A model generated the notes under the pieces. It was not told the origin of the DNA and did not search any database. It saw nothing but the letters and a program-made list of their open reading frames with translations. Below, piece after piece: positions 63,034 to 64,000 of a DNA stretch of 64,000 nt. The stretch is from an uncultured Chlamydiae bacterium. Its GTDB lineage: Bacteria; Chlamydiota; Chlamydiia; Chlamydiales; Parachlamydiaceae. Within the stretch, counting starts at the first letter, position 1; each line of letters starts with the position of its first letter. Location of the stretch: positions 1,856,001-1,920,000 of the forward strand of contig CAVWGN010000001.1 in NCBI GenBank assembly GCA_963754655.1, given 5' to 3'. The translations under genes and the position numbers were made by a program.

Positions 63034-64000
63034 TTAACTTGCTATAAGATTGTAGCAGCCGGTTGGGTCAAACTTTTTTAAGCTTTTGGGAAGCTTGTCC
63101 AACGAGGCTATATTAGTGTATCCTACATTAAGCTTTTCTAGCTTTGAAAAAGACTCATCAAGCTTTTGAAAGGATTCTGCCGTAAGAGACTCGCATCTCT
63201 CTAAGTCAAGCTCTTTTAAGCTTTTGGGGAGCTTGTCTAAGGAGGTTATATTAGTGAATCCTACATTAAGCTTTTCTAGCTTTGAAAAGGACTCATCAAG
63301 CTTTTGAAAGGATTCTGCTGTAAGAAGCCGGCATCTGTCTAAGTCAAGCTCTTTTAAGTTTTTGGGGAGCTTGTCTAGGGAGGCTAGGCGAGTCGATCCT
63401 AAATTGAGCTTTTTTAAGTTTTTGGGGAGCTTGTCTAGGGAGGCTATGTGAGTCGATCCTAAATCGAGCTTTTCTAGCTTTGAAAAGGACTCATCAAGCT
63501 TTTGAAAGGATTCTGCTGTAAGATAATTGCAATACCTTAAGTCAAGCTCTTTTAAGTTTTTGGGGAGCTTGTCTAGGGAGATTATATTAGTGAATCCTAC
63601 ATTAAGCTTTTCTAGCTTTGAAAAGGACTCATCAAGTTTTTGAAAGGATTCTGCCGTAAGAGACTTGCATCTCTCTAAGTCAAGCTCTTTTAAGCTTTTG
63701 GGGAGCTTGTCTAGGGAGGCTATATGAGTCGATGCTAAATCGAGCTTTTCTAGCTTTGGAAAGGACTCATCAAGCTTTTGAAAGAATTCTGCTGTAAGAG
63801 ACTTGCATCCGGCTAAGTCAAGCTCTTTTAAGTTGTTGGGGAGCTTGTCTAGGGAGGTTATATTAGTGAATCCTACATTAAGCTTTTCTAGCTTTGAAAA
63901 GGACTCATCAAGCTTTTGAAAGAATTCTGCTGTAAGAGACTTGCATCCGGCTAAGTCAAGCTCTTTTAAGTTGTTGGGGAGCTTGTCTAGGGAGGTTATG
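63034..64000 (-). CDS. Variable LRR protein, array copy 6 (3' part; start beyond window)
   Basis: Manual reading: LAGCKS, LAGCKS, LERCKS, LRYCNY, LDRCRL, LERCES modules, ending CYNLIAS* at 63034. Confidence 0.85.
   Translation of the reverse strand, partial: ITSLDKLPNNLKELDLAGCKSLTAEFFQKLDESFSKLEKLNVGFTNITSLDKLPNNLKELDLAGCKSLTAEFFQKLDESFPKLEKLDLASTHIASLDKLPKSLKELDLERCKSLTAESFQKLDESFSKLEKLNVGFTNIISLDKLPKNLKELDLRYCNYLTAESFQKLDESFSKLEKLDLGSTHIASLDKLPKNLKKLNLGSTRLASLDKLPKNLKELDLDRCRLLTAESFQKLDESFSKLEKLNVGFTNITSLDKLPKSLKELDLERCESLTAESFQKLDESFSKLEKLNVGYTNIASLDKLPKSLKKFDPTGCYNLIAS

Noticed and set aside
37753..64000. Diversity-generating retroelement as the source of LRR variation
   Set aside because: No reverse transcriptase or template repeat in the window; variation includes all bases and codon indels rather than adenine-only changes (not tested computationally).

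Overview
AT-rich bacterial DNA whose gene content points to an environmental chlamydia of the Parachlamydiaceae/Protochlamydia type (inference from F-box-LRR and F-box-DUF4116 proteins, Inc-like N-termini and a DUF3494/DUF11 surface protein). Positions 1-36.7 kb are mostly ordinary: the end of a pseudaminic-acid cluster, Pat, RNB, pirin, a Rieske/FAD oxidoreductase, ABC-F, RF3, SuhB, alpha2-type GlyRS, archaemetzincin, Dus, DacB, DipZ, a MacAB-TolC-type exporter and SUI1, interspersed with long palindromic REP/REPIN-like elements. Positions 36.7-64 kb are a tandemly amplified locus with at least six paralogous LRR genes, each built from a 138-bp unit (26-aa Cys-containing LRR + 20-aa bacterial-type LRR). 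The unit framework is almost invariant, about seven positions per unit are hypervariable, and modules are shuffled between paralogs. The LRR genes were co-amplified with a REPIN-like palindrome, a thioredoxin and a Mesh1-like HD hydrolase, in alternating long and short units. The array is invaded by IS4, IS5, IS982 and an unclassified IS; the IS4 copies and the unclassified IS sit in the hairpins of a palindrome that carries the 3' end of an IS200-like tnpA. No rRNA, tRNA, CRISPR array or reverse transcriptase was recognised.
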